From positions 43,831 to 107,830 of the forward strand of contig JAUCBJ010000720.1 of NCBI GenBank assembly GCA_032718475.1: DNA of 64,000 nucleotides, given 5' to 3'. The stretch comes from Nemertoderma westbladi (Eukaryota > Animalia > Xenacoelomorpha). Numbering within the stretch: the stretch's first letter is position 1; every line of letters starts with the position of its first letter. The position numbers and the translations under genes were made by a program. Below are positions 37,272 through 49,384 of this stretch, one piece after another. The notes below the pieces were generated by a model. That model saw only the letters and a program-made list of their open reading frames with translations. It searched no databases and was not told where the DNA came from.

Positions 37272-38741
37272 AACTACTACTACTACTACTAGGATCGGCA
37301 TGCTGCATTGCAGCTCCATTTTTAAGAATGCTGTGCCGGCTTATCGACAAAATTGCACCGCCACAACTACCTATCACCCATGACATTTGCTAGATCATCC
37401 GCATCTTCAAGGCCAGTGTCCTTTAAGATGCGTCTCAAGAAAGTCAAGGGCTGTCCACCATGCTTATTCACTCCATGAGGCTACCAAAGTACAAGATTAT
37501 GCACTGGCTGGTCCTCACGGCGAAAGCAATGTCCTGCAAAGCGGAGGCGATTTTGTTCTAGTGTCAAGCTTGGGGGAACCAATGAAACACCTCCAATGTT
37601 ATTTAGTGTCTGGTTGGAGATGTGTGCATTGTACTTGACACAATGAAGCCGGCGTAGCATTCTTGTGAATGTGCCATCCAGAGATTTGGTGTCCTCAGCA
37701 GTTAGAGCCCAGCATGGACTCCCATAGAGGCGTACTGGAACTACTGCTGTTCTAAATAATCGGACCTTAAGTTTCCGATTAATTCTCGGTGACTTCCAAA
37801 TCCTGGAAAGCCTATTCAAGGCTGCCCATGCCTTTCCCTTACGTATTCGAAGGTCCTCACCTGACTTCCGGATCCATGATCACAGGTAACAGAAGTCATC
37901 CACATGCTCAAGCATACCATCTTTTGAGCTTATGCTCATCTGATCAGAGACTTGCTGAGGACTTTCAAAGTTAACTGTCAAAATTTTGGTCTTTCTGGAG
38001 TTAATAAAAAGACCAACACTAGAAGCAGCATGTTCTAATGAGCTGAGGAGCCGTTGGGCTCCCTCTAGTGATTCTGAGAGTACTCCTAAGTCATCAGCAA
38101 AGTCTAGATCAGTTAGGTACTTGGCAGGATTTCCTCGACTTCTGGGGCCAGTAGGTGGAGTTATCATCACCCCATCATCATTATGATGATCTAAGGACAT
38201 GCGTAGAACATAGTCAACCACAATTATGAACAAGAATGGTGCAAGTGTGTCTCCCTGGAGGACGCCCCATAACACTTCAAATGGTTCTGTGTCACCGTCA
38301 ACAGTAGACGCAAATGTTGTCGAACCATCGTATACTGATCTGATTGCTGCAATAACTATGCTGAACATACAGTACATACATACATAACAGTATGCTGAAC
38401 ATACGTGAGCGAGAGACTGAATCAAAGGCCTTGAAGAAGTCAACAAAGATAACAGCCAGATGCCTGTCTTTCTTTTTTGATAACTCTTCAATTATCCTTC
38501 TAAGTGCCAAAATGGGCTCCATGGCCCCACGACCTTTACGGAACCCATTCTGATTTCCACGGAGCAGTCTCTCAATGGGATCCCTGATACGATTTAATAG
38601 AATTATATTGTATAGCTTTGCAGCAATCGAGATCAATGAGATTCCCCGAAAAGAACCATAGAGTGTTAGGTTGCCCTTCTTGGGAACTGGCACCAACTTA
38701 TTTGTTTTCATTTCTTGTGGGACTCTTGTTGTTCGGTACAT
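37272..38741 (-). mobile_element. RTE-clade LINE, 5'-truncated, (TAG)n tail
   Basis: RT motifs FVDFFKAFDSV, GVLQGDTLAPFLF, LDFADD, LRFAGHCFR; tail at 37272-37291. Confidence 0.92.
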
Positions 38742-40266
38742 GTCTTGTACTTCTGTATGTACAGAAGTAAGCCTTCTATTCCATTGGTGCCATTGGATTT
38801 TATCTTTTTAATTTTAATTTGCAGGCGATGTCCGGATTAATAATAAATAATAATAATAATAATACAAGTTCTTGGTTAGACCGTATCGAATGTTCTGTTC
38901 AGGTAGTGCGGCATCCCACCCTCCCTTGTTTCAGTTATAAATTAATTGCGATGTGTATCTATTGTCATATGCAGCCATAATTGATTTCTAGTAGGAGTAA
39001 TAGTGTAATACTAATAAATCTGCATATATGATAAGCACTTCGCCTTTAATAATAAGTGCAACTAGAAAATAGCTACTCTAATAATGTATGTAAATATTTT
39101 AGTGATTGGAAAGTAGTTATGCCAACTATTATTTGTAGATCTACAAACGCACAATGTATGAGTATACATACATGTCTGAATAAATAGGAAATACTTTTTC
39201 ATTTATCTTGGCTCAGGTAATCAGGTAAAAAATGTTACATTAATTGTAGGTCGATTCGGTTTTCTTTTTGTCTAACTAACTGTATCTATGTATCTAACTA
39301 ATATATTTTGAAAGATGTAAAAGAAATTAATTTATAAATAACTGTTTCATTTATATCAAGATAAATTTCGTGTAATAAAAATAATAATATGCAATAAATA
39401 GACAATGTAATTAATAAAAAATAATACTAAGCTATACTACTGTAGTTCAATAAACTGTTGTGATTTTTGGACTCATCTAATGTTCCGAGCTTATAAGTGC
39501 ATATAAATCTTATGAGAATATTTAACTATCTTAAAAATGTAACATTCGAACTATTTAGCGGTGTTATTGGCGTCTGCACGGAATGAACCATATTATGATA
39601 TCGGAATTTCTATTGAAAATATTAATATCGTCTATACGGTAAATAAACATCAACTCAAGTCAATCACAACATGATATTAAAGTTACAGGTAAGCTATATT
39701 GTAAATTTACACCAGCACAAATATATACTCAATACCCATGATTCATATAACATATATATAAAATGGTAACATATAACAGTTGATAATAATAGTATGTATT
39801 TCTTCTTCACAGATAACAGTTCAACCTGAAAAATAAATAATTGAGATGTTAAAAGTATCAATTTGAATGAAATGATACCAAAATAATAATGCATTTCATG
39901 GGTTGAGATGAATGAAGCACTATATACTGTGTAAATGTCGATGTTGGAGCTGATGTCTGCTAATAGCATAGCTAGTGAGCACTACCGATGTGGAATGAAA
40001 TAATCATAGATTAGAAAGGAGTTATTTTTTGACGTTTAAAAATATAATTAAAAAATAAGATTGTGTGATAGTAGGAGGAATGCTATTAGAGACCAGCATA
40101 GACTCCCATATAGGAGTACTACTATTGCTACTGCTAATACTAATATTTTATATATATGTAGCTAAGTTTTTAATATGAAAATAAAAATATTTCATTACAT
40201 ATTTTAAATATTCCAGTACCTACAGATGCCACTGAATTTTTTACCAACCTTTATATAACTTAAGAC

Positions 40267-40806
40267 TCAGTCATTCAAAATACTCATTTCAACTCTATAT
40301 GCCGGGTAGATTCGTGTAAAGGACCACCACCATGGTCCTTCCAATTCGTTTCCATAGATTCCATTCAAGTTGCTGTAGCCACAATGTTTGTACCACCATC
40401 CTCCGGTATAGTCGTTAGCGCAGTTGTAGTTAACATCGTCATTATTGCGGTCCTTGGTGCTGAATGGCTGATAGTCTTGAAACCAAGCCAATGAGTCGCC
40501 GGCGGTACCCTTGTAACCGGATATATATAGGGTGTAATTAGTTGCAGCTGATCCCACAGAAAAGTTGTCATATTCGGCGTATCGGTGTTCATCGATGTAA
40601 TCCGCCCACTGGTCGGTTCCAATGTCCCATCCTCTCCCAGTGAACCACAAATCTACTCTCATCCTAACCGTAGCAAGAGTGAGCCTATGGATAATCTCTA
40701 GACCTAACCAAAAATTTGTTTCCCGATCACCAAATCCCTGGACATAATCATTCCAGTTGCGATAGAAGTCAACCGTTCCATCTACTCTTTGTTGAATCTT
40801 TATCCA
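40267..40806 (-). CDS. FReD gene 2, coding exon 2: fibrinogen C-terminal domain
   Basis: WIKIQQRVDGTVDFYRNW..FWLGLE..GTAGDSL..FSTKDRNND..NCA..GGWWY..C..SNLNG; AG acceptor at 40807-40808, phase 0, open to TGA. Confidence 0.93.
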   Translation of the reverse strand, partial: WIKIQQRVDGTVDFYRNWNDYVQGFGDRETNFWLGLEIIHRLTLATVRMRVDLWFTGRGWDIGTDQWADYIDEHRYAEYDNFSVGSAATNYTLYISGYKGTAGDSLAWFQDYQPFSTKDRNNDDVNYNCANDYTGGWWYKHCGYSNLNGIYGNELEGPWWWSFTRIYPAYRVEMSILND

Positions 40807-41099
40807 CTATAAAAAGTAAGTAAAAAGTAAAATTTCAGAATTATTTCGCGAGAGTTTACCCACAAAGTTGAGACAACTTAATTCCAACACTCTGTCCAGA
40901 ACAATACTCACCAGAGGGAACTGTTACTAATTTAGAGACAATGTAAGGATACTTACTAGGCATAATTGAGCCCTGACTTTTCACTTTAATGTATCCTTAC
41001 CCAGATCCCCACAGGCACAACTCTAAACACGCTCTGCCAAACTACACTGACACATTTGTATAGTGAAGTAATCGGCAATTCGGCAAATCAGCAATAATT

Positions 41100-43490
41100 G
41101 TAAAGTTTGTAAACTGTCGAAATAACAGATGTATATTTCAAACAGCCGTGTCAAACTGGAAGCGCACTAGGAACGAGGAATCTCATAGGGCAATGTCCTC
41201 TGCCCGCAACACCTATCGGGAGACATTGATGCAAGCACGCATTAGTTACAAAAAGGACCAATCACAGCTACTTGAAAAATCTAGGGTTTCCGAAATAAAA
41301 AATTCTGGAAACTACTAGCCAATGCCAGTGGTAAAGGTAGCGCTAATATGGTATCCCCCAGTGTTGAAGAGTTTTATAAATATTACAGTAACTTAAGTAG
41401 CGGCAATACAAACAACTTTGAAAATGTTGGAATACCGCCTAGAGATAATATTAATGTACAAGAAAGTAAATCCATTCTAGAATCATATATATCCCAACCA
41501 TTCACTGAAGAGGAAGTCAAATCAGCCATCCATAGACTAACGCGGGGTAAGGCAGCAGGTATAGACTTACTAATTAATGAATTCTTAATAGAAAGGGAAG
41601 ATCAGTTAACCCCCACCTTGACTGTATTATTCAATGCAATGGCAATGCTTTATGTAAAATATTTTCCGGAGGCATGGGCGACCACACTAATTAACCCGAT
41701 ATATAAGAACAAGGGAGACAGGCTAGATTCGAATAATTACTGAGGAATTTCGCTTCTTAGCTGCGTTGGTAAACTTTTCACAGGAATTATAAACGCAAGA
41801 CTGACATGGTGGAACAGTAATTATTCCGATCAGTTCGATATACTTGTAAGGGTAATGCAAGGGGTTGCTTTATCCCCCCTTTACTTCTCTCTATTCTTGA
41901 ACGACTTTGGAGGTGGAGTTGGCAGCTGTTGGGTTTGAGGGTCTACATGTAGGTTATCTACAGTTGTCCCTCCTATTATACGCTGATGACGTCATTCTCA
42001 TGGCAAATAGCGCAACAAAACTGCAGACATATTTGGTCACATTGGGTTCATTTGTGGATTACTGGTCTCTCGAGGAAAATTTGGCAAAGACAAAGATTAT
42101 AGTGCTTAGAAAAGGGGGCACCCTAAGTAAGACAGATAAATGGTTTTATAAATCAAAGATAGGCGAGGTGGTGTCCCAATATACTTACTTGGGAATAGAT
42201 TTTACCACCACAGGGAAATTCTCAACTGCCCAAAAGGTGCTTGCCGAAAAGGCGCAGAAAGCACTGATTTCACTTTTTAGGCACCTAAACTGTTTCCCAA
42301 ATGTTACATTCGAATTGCGATACAGACTAATCGAATGTTTAATATTAGCTATACTTATGTACGGATAAGGTGTGGGGGTTTCACATGGCACCGGCTGTCG
42401 AATGTGGCCATTTGGGATTCATTTAAGGGGATTTAGGAATAAAGCGCAAACTGGGTGTCACTTACAAGGGACCTCATAAACATTCTGGGATTATCCTGGG
42501 TGTAGCAAGACCAAGCGATAAATTCAGAACGCCAGTTTTTGTTCAAAGTAAAAAAAATTATCAAAGACCAATTTGTGCAAGGATGGTGGTCAGCTCTGGC
42601 CGGATCCCCTAAAGGACAGTTATATAGCAAAATGAGCTTTGAAACCAAACCGTATCTGGACAGCCTAAAGGACTCACCACGACTCCGACACATTCTAGCT
42701 AAATTCCGTTGTTCATCACACGACTTACAAATTGAGACCGCCGGGCGATGGGGTTCTGCGAACTGAAAGAATTTGCGAACTATGTAACCTGAACCAAATA
42801 GAAGACGAACTGCACTTTGTACTCGTTTGTCCCAAATATTCTGAACTTCGTACCAAGTACTCGACAATTGGTACCATCAACGTCCCAATCCCCACAAATT
42901 CCACTCCTGCTATCTAATAATTCTCAGGCAATCACAAGGAAATTAGCACTATTATTATTCTATGCGTTTAAAACTCGGTCAAAATTTATCATAGGTCATA
43001 ATTATGATAAAAACGATATAAATATGATACGATGTACAAACGATAACAAAACATGTGAACATTAACAAATATGTAAACATAGCATAGTACTACATAACAA
43101 TAAACAGTAATCAAAAATGGAACTGTGTAATAACCCCCGCCAATTGGCTTCTCAGTTATTATTATTGTTACTACAAATTATCCATCACTCTAGTTATTCT
43201 CCAGTTCTGTTTATTTATATCTGTAGGTATATATTGTTATTTATACAGAAAATTGCTTGTTAATCCATGTTGTAGAACATAACACCATTACAGTACGTTG
43301 TCGCCACCCTTTAAACCAATTATTTATATGGTTTACTAAATCTATAGAACATGTCTTGTATCATACTGTGCATAGTCGTTGTTAAGGGTGAAATTAATAT
43401 TGGTGATGTATACTGTATAATTTAACAATTTACCGGCATCTACACCCATATTACTTATATTGTATTAGTGTTGCGTTGAAATAAATAAAT
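41100..43490 (+). mobile_element. Decayed LINE (possibly RTEX-like) in the FReD2 intron, with internal deletions and 3' UTR
   Basis: GKAAGID, PIYKNKGD, LLYADD, YTYLGI, C-terminal CSSHDLQIETG..C..C..EDELHFVLVC. Confidence 0.85.
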
Positions 43491-43746
43491 AAAATAAAAA
43501 TGTATCTGAGTCCAGACAAGACATCCCGGATTGTCATATCAGCAATCATCTCCCACATGGTTGTAAAACTGACTAGAAACCACATAGGCAGATCAGGCAC
43601 ACTTGGGAGTTTTACTGTGAATATCGAACTCGCAACTTCCAATGTGGACTAGGGAATGCACGACTTGATTGATCTGGGGACGCCAATAGGACACGAGAGA
43701 ATATGAACTGCATTCATACATTCTCAACTTTCTCAACTTCTTGAAC

Positions 43747-43915
43747 ATGCATTCTCAAATTTCCTGGGTGACTTCGTTGCCTGTCTGCATCACTGCTCAA
43801 CATCGCTGTGTGTCTACAACAATAGTGTTAACCGAAATTCCATCTTTGTAATATTTTCGGTTGGGACTCAAATCCAGAAGTTAAATGGAAAATTATGAAG
43901 TAATAATGAACCCAG
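43747..43915 (+). mobile_element. Old RTE endonuclease fragment
   Basis: Visible similarity to 10700-10890 (e.g. AATAGTGTTAACCGAAATTCC). Confidence 0.6.
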
Positions 43916-44539
43916 CATTCACTGTATATGTATTTTCCATTCAATTTTCCACATATTTAATTATGTTTAAATTTAAAACATATAAGTATGTTTTAAGGAC
44001 TTGTACTGCAATCAATTTCCACAGTATAGTCGGGATTTACAAATTTTGAACTATGCTTCTTCCTTCAGATCAACCTCTCATAGAATTCAAATGTGACTTA
44101 CCAAACTTCCGGTATCTTAATAAATAAAATCCAATCATATCCTAAGCAATAACGGAGATAACCCGGAAGATATTTGAATGGATGTTGAGTTTGGCAATCT
44201 GCTTATTTGGATGCCATTTCCTGTATTGCTATTGAATGAGGTGAACACCAAAATGTATTAATAGTCGTATTTTGGGTGAATGAATGGTTTCATATTATTA
44301 TAGCTTTGGTTGGGCAAATATGCGATCGCAATTATATATGTGTGTAATTGTTCTGTCATAAAAAGTTGTTTATAGATTGTATGATTAATTTTAGTGAGTT
44401 AGTTTTAAGACGGGCAAATATCTCACGGTTGAGGACAGTGGCTGAAGATGATTGTTATTGACATTTCAGAGGCCATGAGAATATAAAATTTGGCATAGAA
44501 GATATCAGGTCTACCTAGATTTCCAGGGCTAACTTTCCT

Positions 44540-44612
44540 GAGTCGCTAGCGGAATGGTTACACACGCCAGACTTCTATCCTTGAGGTCACTAGTTCGATC
44601 CCACCTGGACAT
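44540..44612 (+). mobile_element. tRNA-derived SINE head / tRNA pseudogene in the FReD2 intron
   Basis: A-box-like TAGCGGAATGGTTA, anticodon-loop-like CTTCTA, B-box AGTTCGATCCC; acceptor stem does not pair well. Confidence 0.55.
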
Positions 44613-44810
44613 AATTGCCAAATTTGCTAAGCTGGGCCCAACGAAACTTATAAATAAAATATATATGTATTATGCAAATCAAATCGAATGTAGATTTAGA
44701 GTTATCATATCTTAAGAAATAATTTTGCAAGCTTGTTTAGCACTACATTTTGGCTTAATTAAGGGGTTATTTTTTACAAACATGTTTAACGGGTGTAACA
44801 ACAAACTAAC

Positions 44811-44897
44811 ATGATCTGCCGCTCTTTCGTTCTCCCCAAGACACTCCACCCCAGAAAGGGCCACAAGAGCTGAAAGTAGGATAGTCGCCTTCAACAT
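44811..44897 (-). CDS. FReD gene 2, coding exon 1: signal peptide (MLKATILLSALVALSGVECLGENERAADH)
   Basis: ATG at 44897, 29 codons, phase-0 GTTAGT donor; paralogous to 15065-15169. Confidence 0.8.
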
Positions 44898-45924
44898 TTT
44901 GGAGAATTTGACAGAAACAAACCAATTTCATTTGTGAATGAATTAAAAAACGACACACACGTCCTATATATACAAAGAATATGCAAACACTGTTGCATTA
45001 GTTACTGCTGCTGCAGTAACTAATGCAAAAATTATATGAACAAATAACTGAATTATAATAACCGAATATAATTTCCGAGATAAAGTAATGGACTGACGGC
45101 CCAATTAGTACATTCCTAGTAAAAAAAACGTGTATTAAATTCCAGATGTTTTGTAGCTTACTGACAGTAGTGGCTCAGTCAACATATAGTAATAATACTG
45201 ATTGTTATGTTGGACCTATAAAATGATTGACATAATTTGCATTTAACTATAATTTAATTGTAGATTACCGGCTTGTTAGAGCAATCACGCTGTTTCTGCC
45301 AAATAGATGGAAATATGTGAAAGATATATTGGATGTGGGGTTTAAATGAAAGTGAAAGTCAAATGAGGGAAAGCCCGGTAATATAATAACGAACCTGACT
45401 TTAGACTGGGTACTTTAATGGCTTCAAACCACTTGCATGTATAGAAAATTGTAAACGCGACTATTTATCGCGACTATATACCACTATTAAATACTTACAA
45501 CTACACTTTGACAGCTGAACAACTTTTCACTAACATTTTACAGTTCGCTACTTACCTACGTTAATTAATTATTGTTCTATCTCTATTCAGTCGGTTAGTG
45601 TAATGTCAATTTGTACATCATTTATGCATAATCTATAGGAACTTAGGACAATTCGTACCCAGACATATCGTACTCTGTACCGGTATTCTGTTGGCCTAAT
45701 GATTATTACATTATAAAGCGTACCCGCTATAACCGTGTCCATTTGGGATTCATTAAAAGGGTTTTAGGAATAAAGCGCAGTATACCAAATTTTATGGTAT
45801 ACGGGGAAAGTGGCGAGGTACCTTTAGCCTTGCGTCGAAAATTTTACATTGTAAAATTTTGGACTCGCATAATAAAGTTGCCAGATAACCGGTTACTAAA
45901 ACAAACGTACAATCTTCTTTATCA

Positions 45925-46316
45925 ATAATAATAAGTGAATTGTTGTGGGGTGAGTGACGCGGTGTATTAAATATTCACTTATTATTATTAATTAACAGCA
46001 TGGGCCAGGCATACGGGGCTACAATGGTTTCTACAACACTGTATAATAGTTATTCTTTGAGGCATGGTTGCCATTTCTGGCAGAGCACGGGAATAACGAA
46101 CTTGTACTTTCCTTTGAGTGATTAGTTGGCCTAAAATATGATCTCCCACTCCACAGCGAAATATTCATCCGGTCTGGTAGCTCAGTACACTCACCCGGCT
46201 GATGATAACCAGAAGTTTGAAACCTAGGTACCGTGTGCGAGCCCCAATAGGGCCGGTTGATATTTTTCTCTATGGAGAGCATTATCATATTGTCTTATTC
46301 ACATTGTATATTTAAT
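45925..46316 (+). mobile_element. 0.39-kb insertion carrying a hammerhead ribozyme (Penelope-like pLTR fragment or retrozyme)
   Basis: 14-bp TSD AATCTTCTTTATCA at 45911-45924 and 46317-46330; inverted repeat 45925-45989 at the left end. Confidence 0.75.
46180..46242 (+). ncRNA. Minimal type I hammerhead ribozyme
   Basis: Stem I CACCCGG/CCGTGTG; CTGATGA 46199-46205; short stem II AAC/GTT; GAAA 46219-46222; palindromic stem III ACCTAGGT; GUA cleavage triplet ending at 46230. Confidence 0.75.
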
Positions 46317-47868
46317 AATCTTCTTTATCAGGATGTACTGAACGACAACTCAGTGGTTAACCGGGTGTCACCTACAAGGGACCTCATAAACAGTCTGGGT
46401 TTATCCTGGGTGTGGCAAGACCAAGCGATAAATTCAGAACACCAGTTTTTGTTCAAAGTAAAAAAAATTATCAAAGACCAATTTGTGCAAGGATGGTGGT
46501 CAGCTCTGGCCGGATCCCCTAAAGGACAGTTATATAGCAAAAGGAGCTTTGAAATCGAACCGAATCTGGACAGCCTAAAGGACTCATCGCGACTCCAACA
46601 CATTCTAGCTAAATTCCGTTGTTCATCACACGACTTACAAATTGAGACCGCCGTGCGATGGGGTTCACTGGAAGAATTTGCGAACTATGTATCCTGAACC
46701 AAATAGAAGACGAACTGCACTTTGTACTCGTTTGTCCCAAATATTCTGAACTTCGTACCAAGTACTCGACAATTGGTACCATCAACGACCCAATCCCCAC
46801 AAATTCAATTCCTGCTATCAAATAATTATCAGGCAATCACAAGGAAATTAGCACTATTCTTATTCTATGCGTTCAAAACTCGGTCAAAATTTATCATAAG
46901 TAATAATAATTAAGATAAAAACGAGATAAATATGATACGATGTACAAATGATAACAAAACATGTGAACATGGACAAATATGTAATCATAGCATAGTACTA
47001 CATAACAATAAACAGTAATAAAAAATGGAACTGTGTAATAACCCCCGCCAATTGGCTTCTCGGTTGCTGTTGTTGCAGGTTATCACTCTAGTTATTCTCC
47101 AGGGCTGTTTATTAATATCTGTAGGTATTGTTATACAGTATATGGCTTGTTAATCCATGCTGTAGAACATAAACACCATTGCAGTACGTTGTCGCCGCCC
47201 CGTAAACCAGTGGTTTGTGTGGTTTACTAGATCTGTGGAACATGTCATGTATCATACTGTGCATAGTCGTTATTAATGGTGAAATCAATATTGGTGACGT
47301 ATACTGTAAAATTAACAATTTACCGGTATCTCCAACCATAATACTTATATTGTATTAGTGTTGCGTTGAAATAAATGAATAAATGTTATAACCCAGAAAA
47401 TTCGTACCCAAAATTTTTTTATGATGGGTACGAATTGTGCGGATATAGATAATGCAGGTTTTTTTTAGAACAAATATTTGTCCTTCTAACAGTAGGATGG
47501 TATTTTTTTTTCCAAAAATGCATTCTAGAATAAAAATATTTATCGACATTGATAACTAAACACATGTTCTATAACATTTATAAAAAAAGACAAAAAAAAT
47601 AGTTAGTATAAAAAAAATGTGTGCCACCATGGAATACTAAATATACACGGAACCAGATAGATGTCCGATTTCACGAGTCATTCTTTTTATTGCTTTAATC
47701 TATTGTACTCGATGCATGAATAAAAATTTGAAAAAAAAATTGGTGGTCATCGTTCTCGTTGCCATGGCAACAGACATTTTTCATTTTTTGCCTTTATTTC
47801 AACTACGATGAGTGAAAATACAGTAAATATTGCTTCCAAATTTGTTCAAAGGTTAAAGCGATATACAT

Positions 47869-49284
47869 GGAGTATGCAGGGCCAGTGTGGGACAATTGTT
47901 CTAACGAACTAAAGTATAAACTGGAGCTGATAAATAAGGAAGCCATTAGGATAATATGTCGATTAACCATTTCTTGTTCAACTGTCAGTTTATATACTGA
48001 ATCTGGAATATTGACCCTACAAAATAGAAGGACAATTCAAAAATTAATTATTCTATATAAAATGACAAAAAATTCAGCTCCCCCACATCTGCGCGAATTA
48101 CTTCCGGAAACCTTGGCCCAGTCTTCCCCATATTGTACAAGAAATCGAGATAATTATAGGGTACCTTTTGCTCGGAATAATTACTTTAAAAATTCATTTT
48201 TACTATCTTCCATACGAATATGGAACGACTTACCGGATAATATACGTAATGCAACATCTGCTAATAGTTTTAAAAATTTAGCAAGTAATCACCTTTACCC
48301 ATCCGCAGCAGTGCCATCATACTACTTGCTCGGTAGCCCAAAAATTAACGGCCTGCTTGCTCGTATGCGATGCATCTGTTCGTCTTTAAATGACGATTTA
48401 TTTCGTGCAAAGGTTACTATTTATAGAACTTGTGGGTGCGGCCATCCCTGCGAAGATGTGTACCACTATTTTATGGAATGCACGCGGTACACTGGCCCTC
48501 GATTGGTACTTAATCAGTCCATGTTACAACTTGACCTCCGTTTTTCGGTTCATGTTATCTTACATGGACCTACTGGCACCCCCAGCATCGTTGCATCTAA
48601 AACACCTGTCCTTATTTCGGCTGTCGCAACTTTTATCGAGGCAACAAACAGGTTTAATTCGCTGGGTTACTAATATTCCTTATTTTTTCATTTTCTTTTT
48701 TCATTATCCCAGTCAGAATGTTTTATCTTGCTTTTCGTATTTTACTAAGAAGTGGGTGATGGTGTGGCATATCTTGTCAAAATTATTCAAAAATTGCATT
48801 AATATTAAACAAATGTTATTGTGCACCACTCAATCGTGATTCGTGGTTATTTTGAAGATGAAGACTATTACACTCAACTTATTATTTTCGCCATACCTTG
48901 CTTAAAAGCACCTTTGTGACATCAGCGACTTAATGCGGCGAGCGGGTCGGGTTTCTCTCCATTCAGGGTGGGATGGATGTGGGTGGGGTGCAGCGGGATT
49001 GGCAGAGGGTTTCTGGGGGGGACAGTGTGTATTGTATGGATGTATCGAGTGTGTATTGTATGGATGTATCGAGTGTGTATTGTATGGGCTATGTGCATGG
49101 TAAGTGTATTGTAACTGTATAGTATTAAGTATTACTTACGTTATGTATATCATTTATATATTGTATATTTGTATTCCGTGCCTTACCTGTTTGTAATTAT
49201 TCTGGCCGAGACGATTCCACATAAGTGTGCAACTTGTTATTGAATCGGCCCAACTTGTTTTGGAAAAATATACATTATATTATA
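47869..49284 (+). mobile_element. 5'-truncated CR1-group LINE nested in the P element
   Basis: EYAGPVW..NSFL.SSIRIWNDLP..CGCG..ED..HYFMEC; 16-bp TSD TTAAAGCGATATACAT at 47853-47868 and 49285-49300. Confidence 0.85.
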
Positions 49285-49384
49285 TTAAAGCGATATACAT
49301 ACACTATAGCTTCCGTTTCATCAATAAGTTGCCTGATCTGCTCTGTAACCCAGCATTAGTTTTCTTATTCCTCCAACCGGCGCT

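Larger units (their letters stand above)
45740..47385 (+). mobile_element. 5'-truncated copy of the same LINE family as 41100-43490, interrupted at 45925-46316
   Basis: 46352-47385 aligns by eye with 42454-43495; FIKRVLGIKRS..VYGESG LINE C-terminal motif. Confidence 0.85.

Noticed and set aside
44540-44612. Functional tRNA gene
   Set aside because: Acceptor and anticodon stems pair poorly and the paralogous copy is deleted; treated as a SINE relic.
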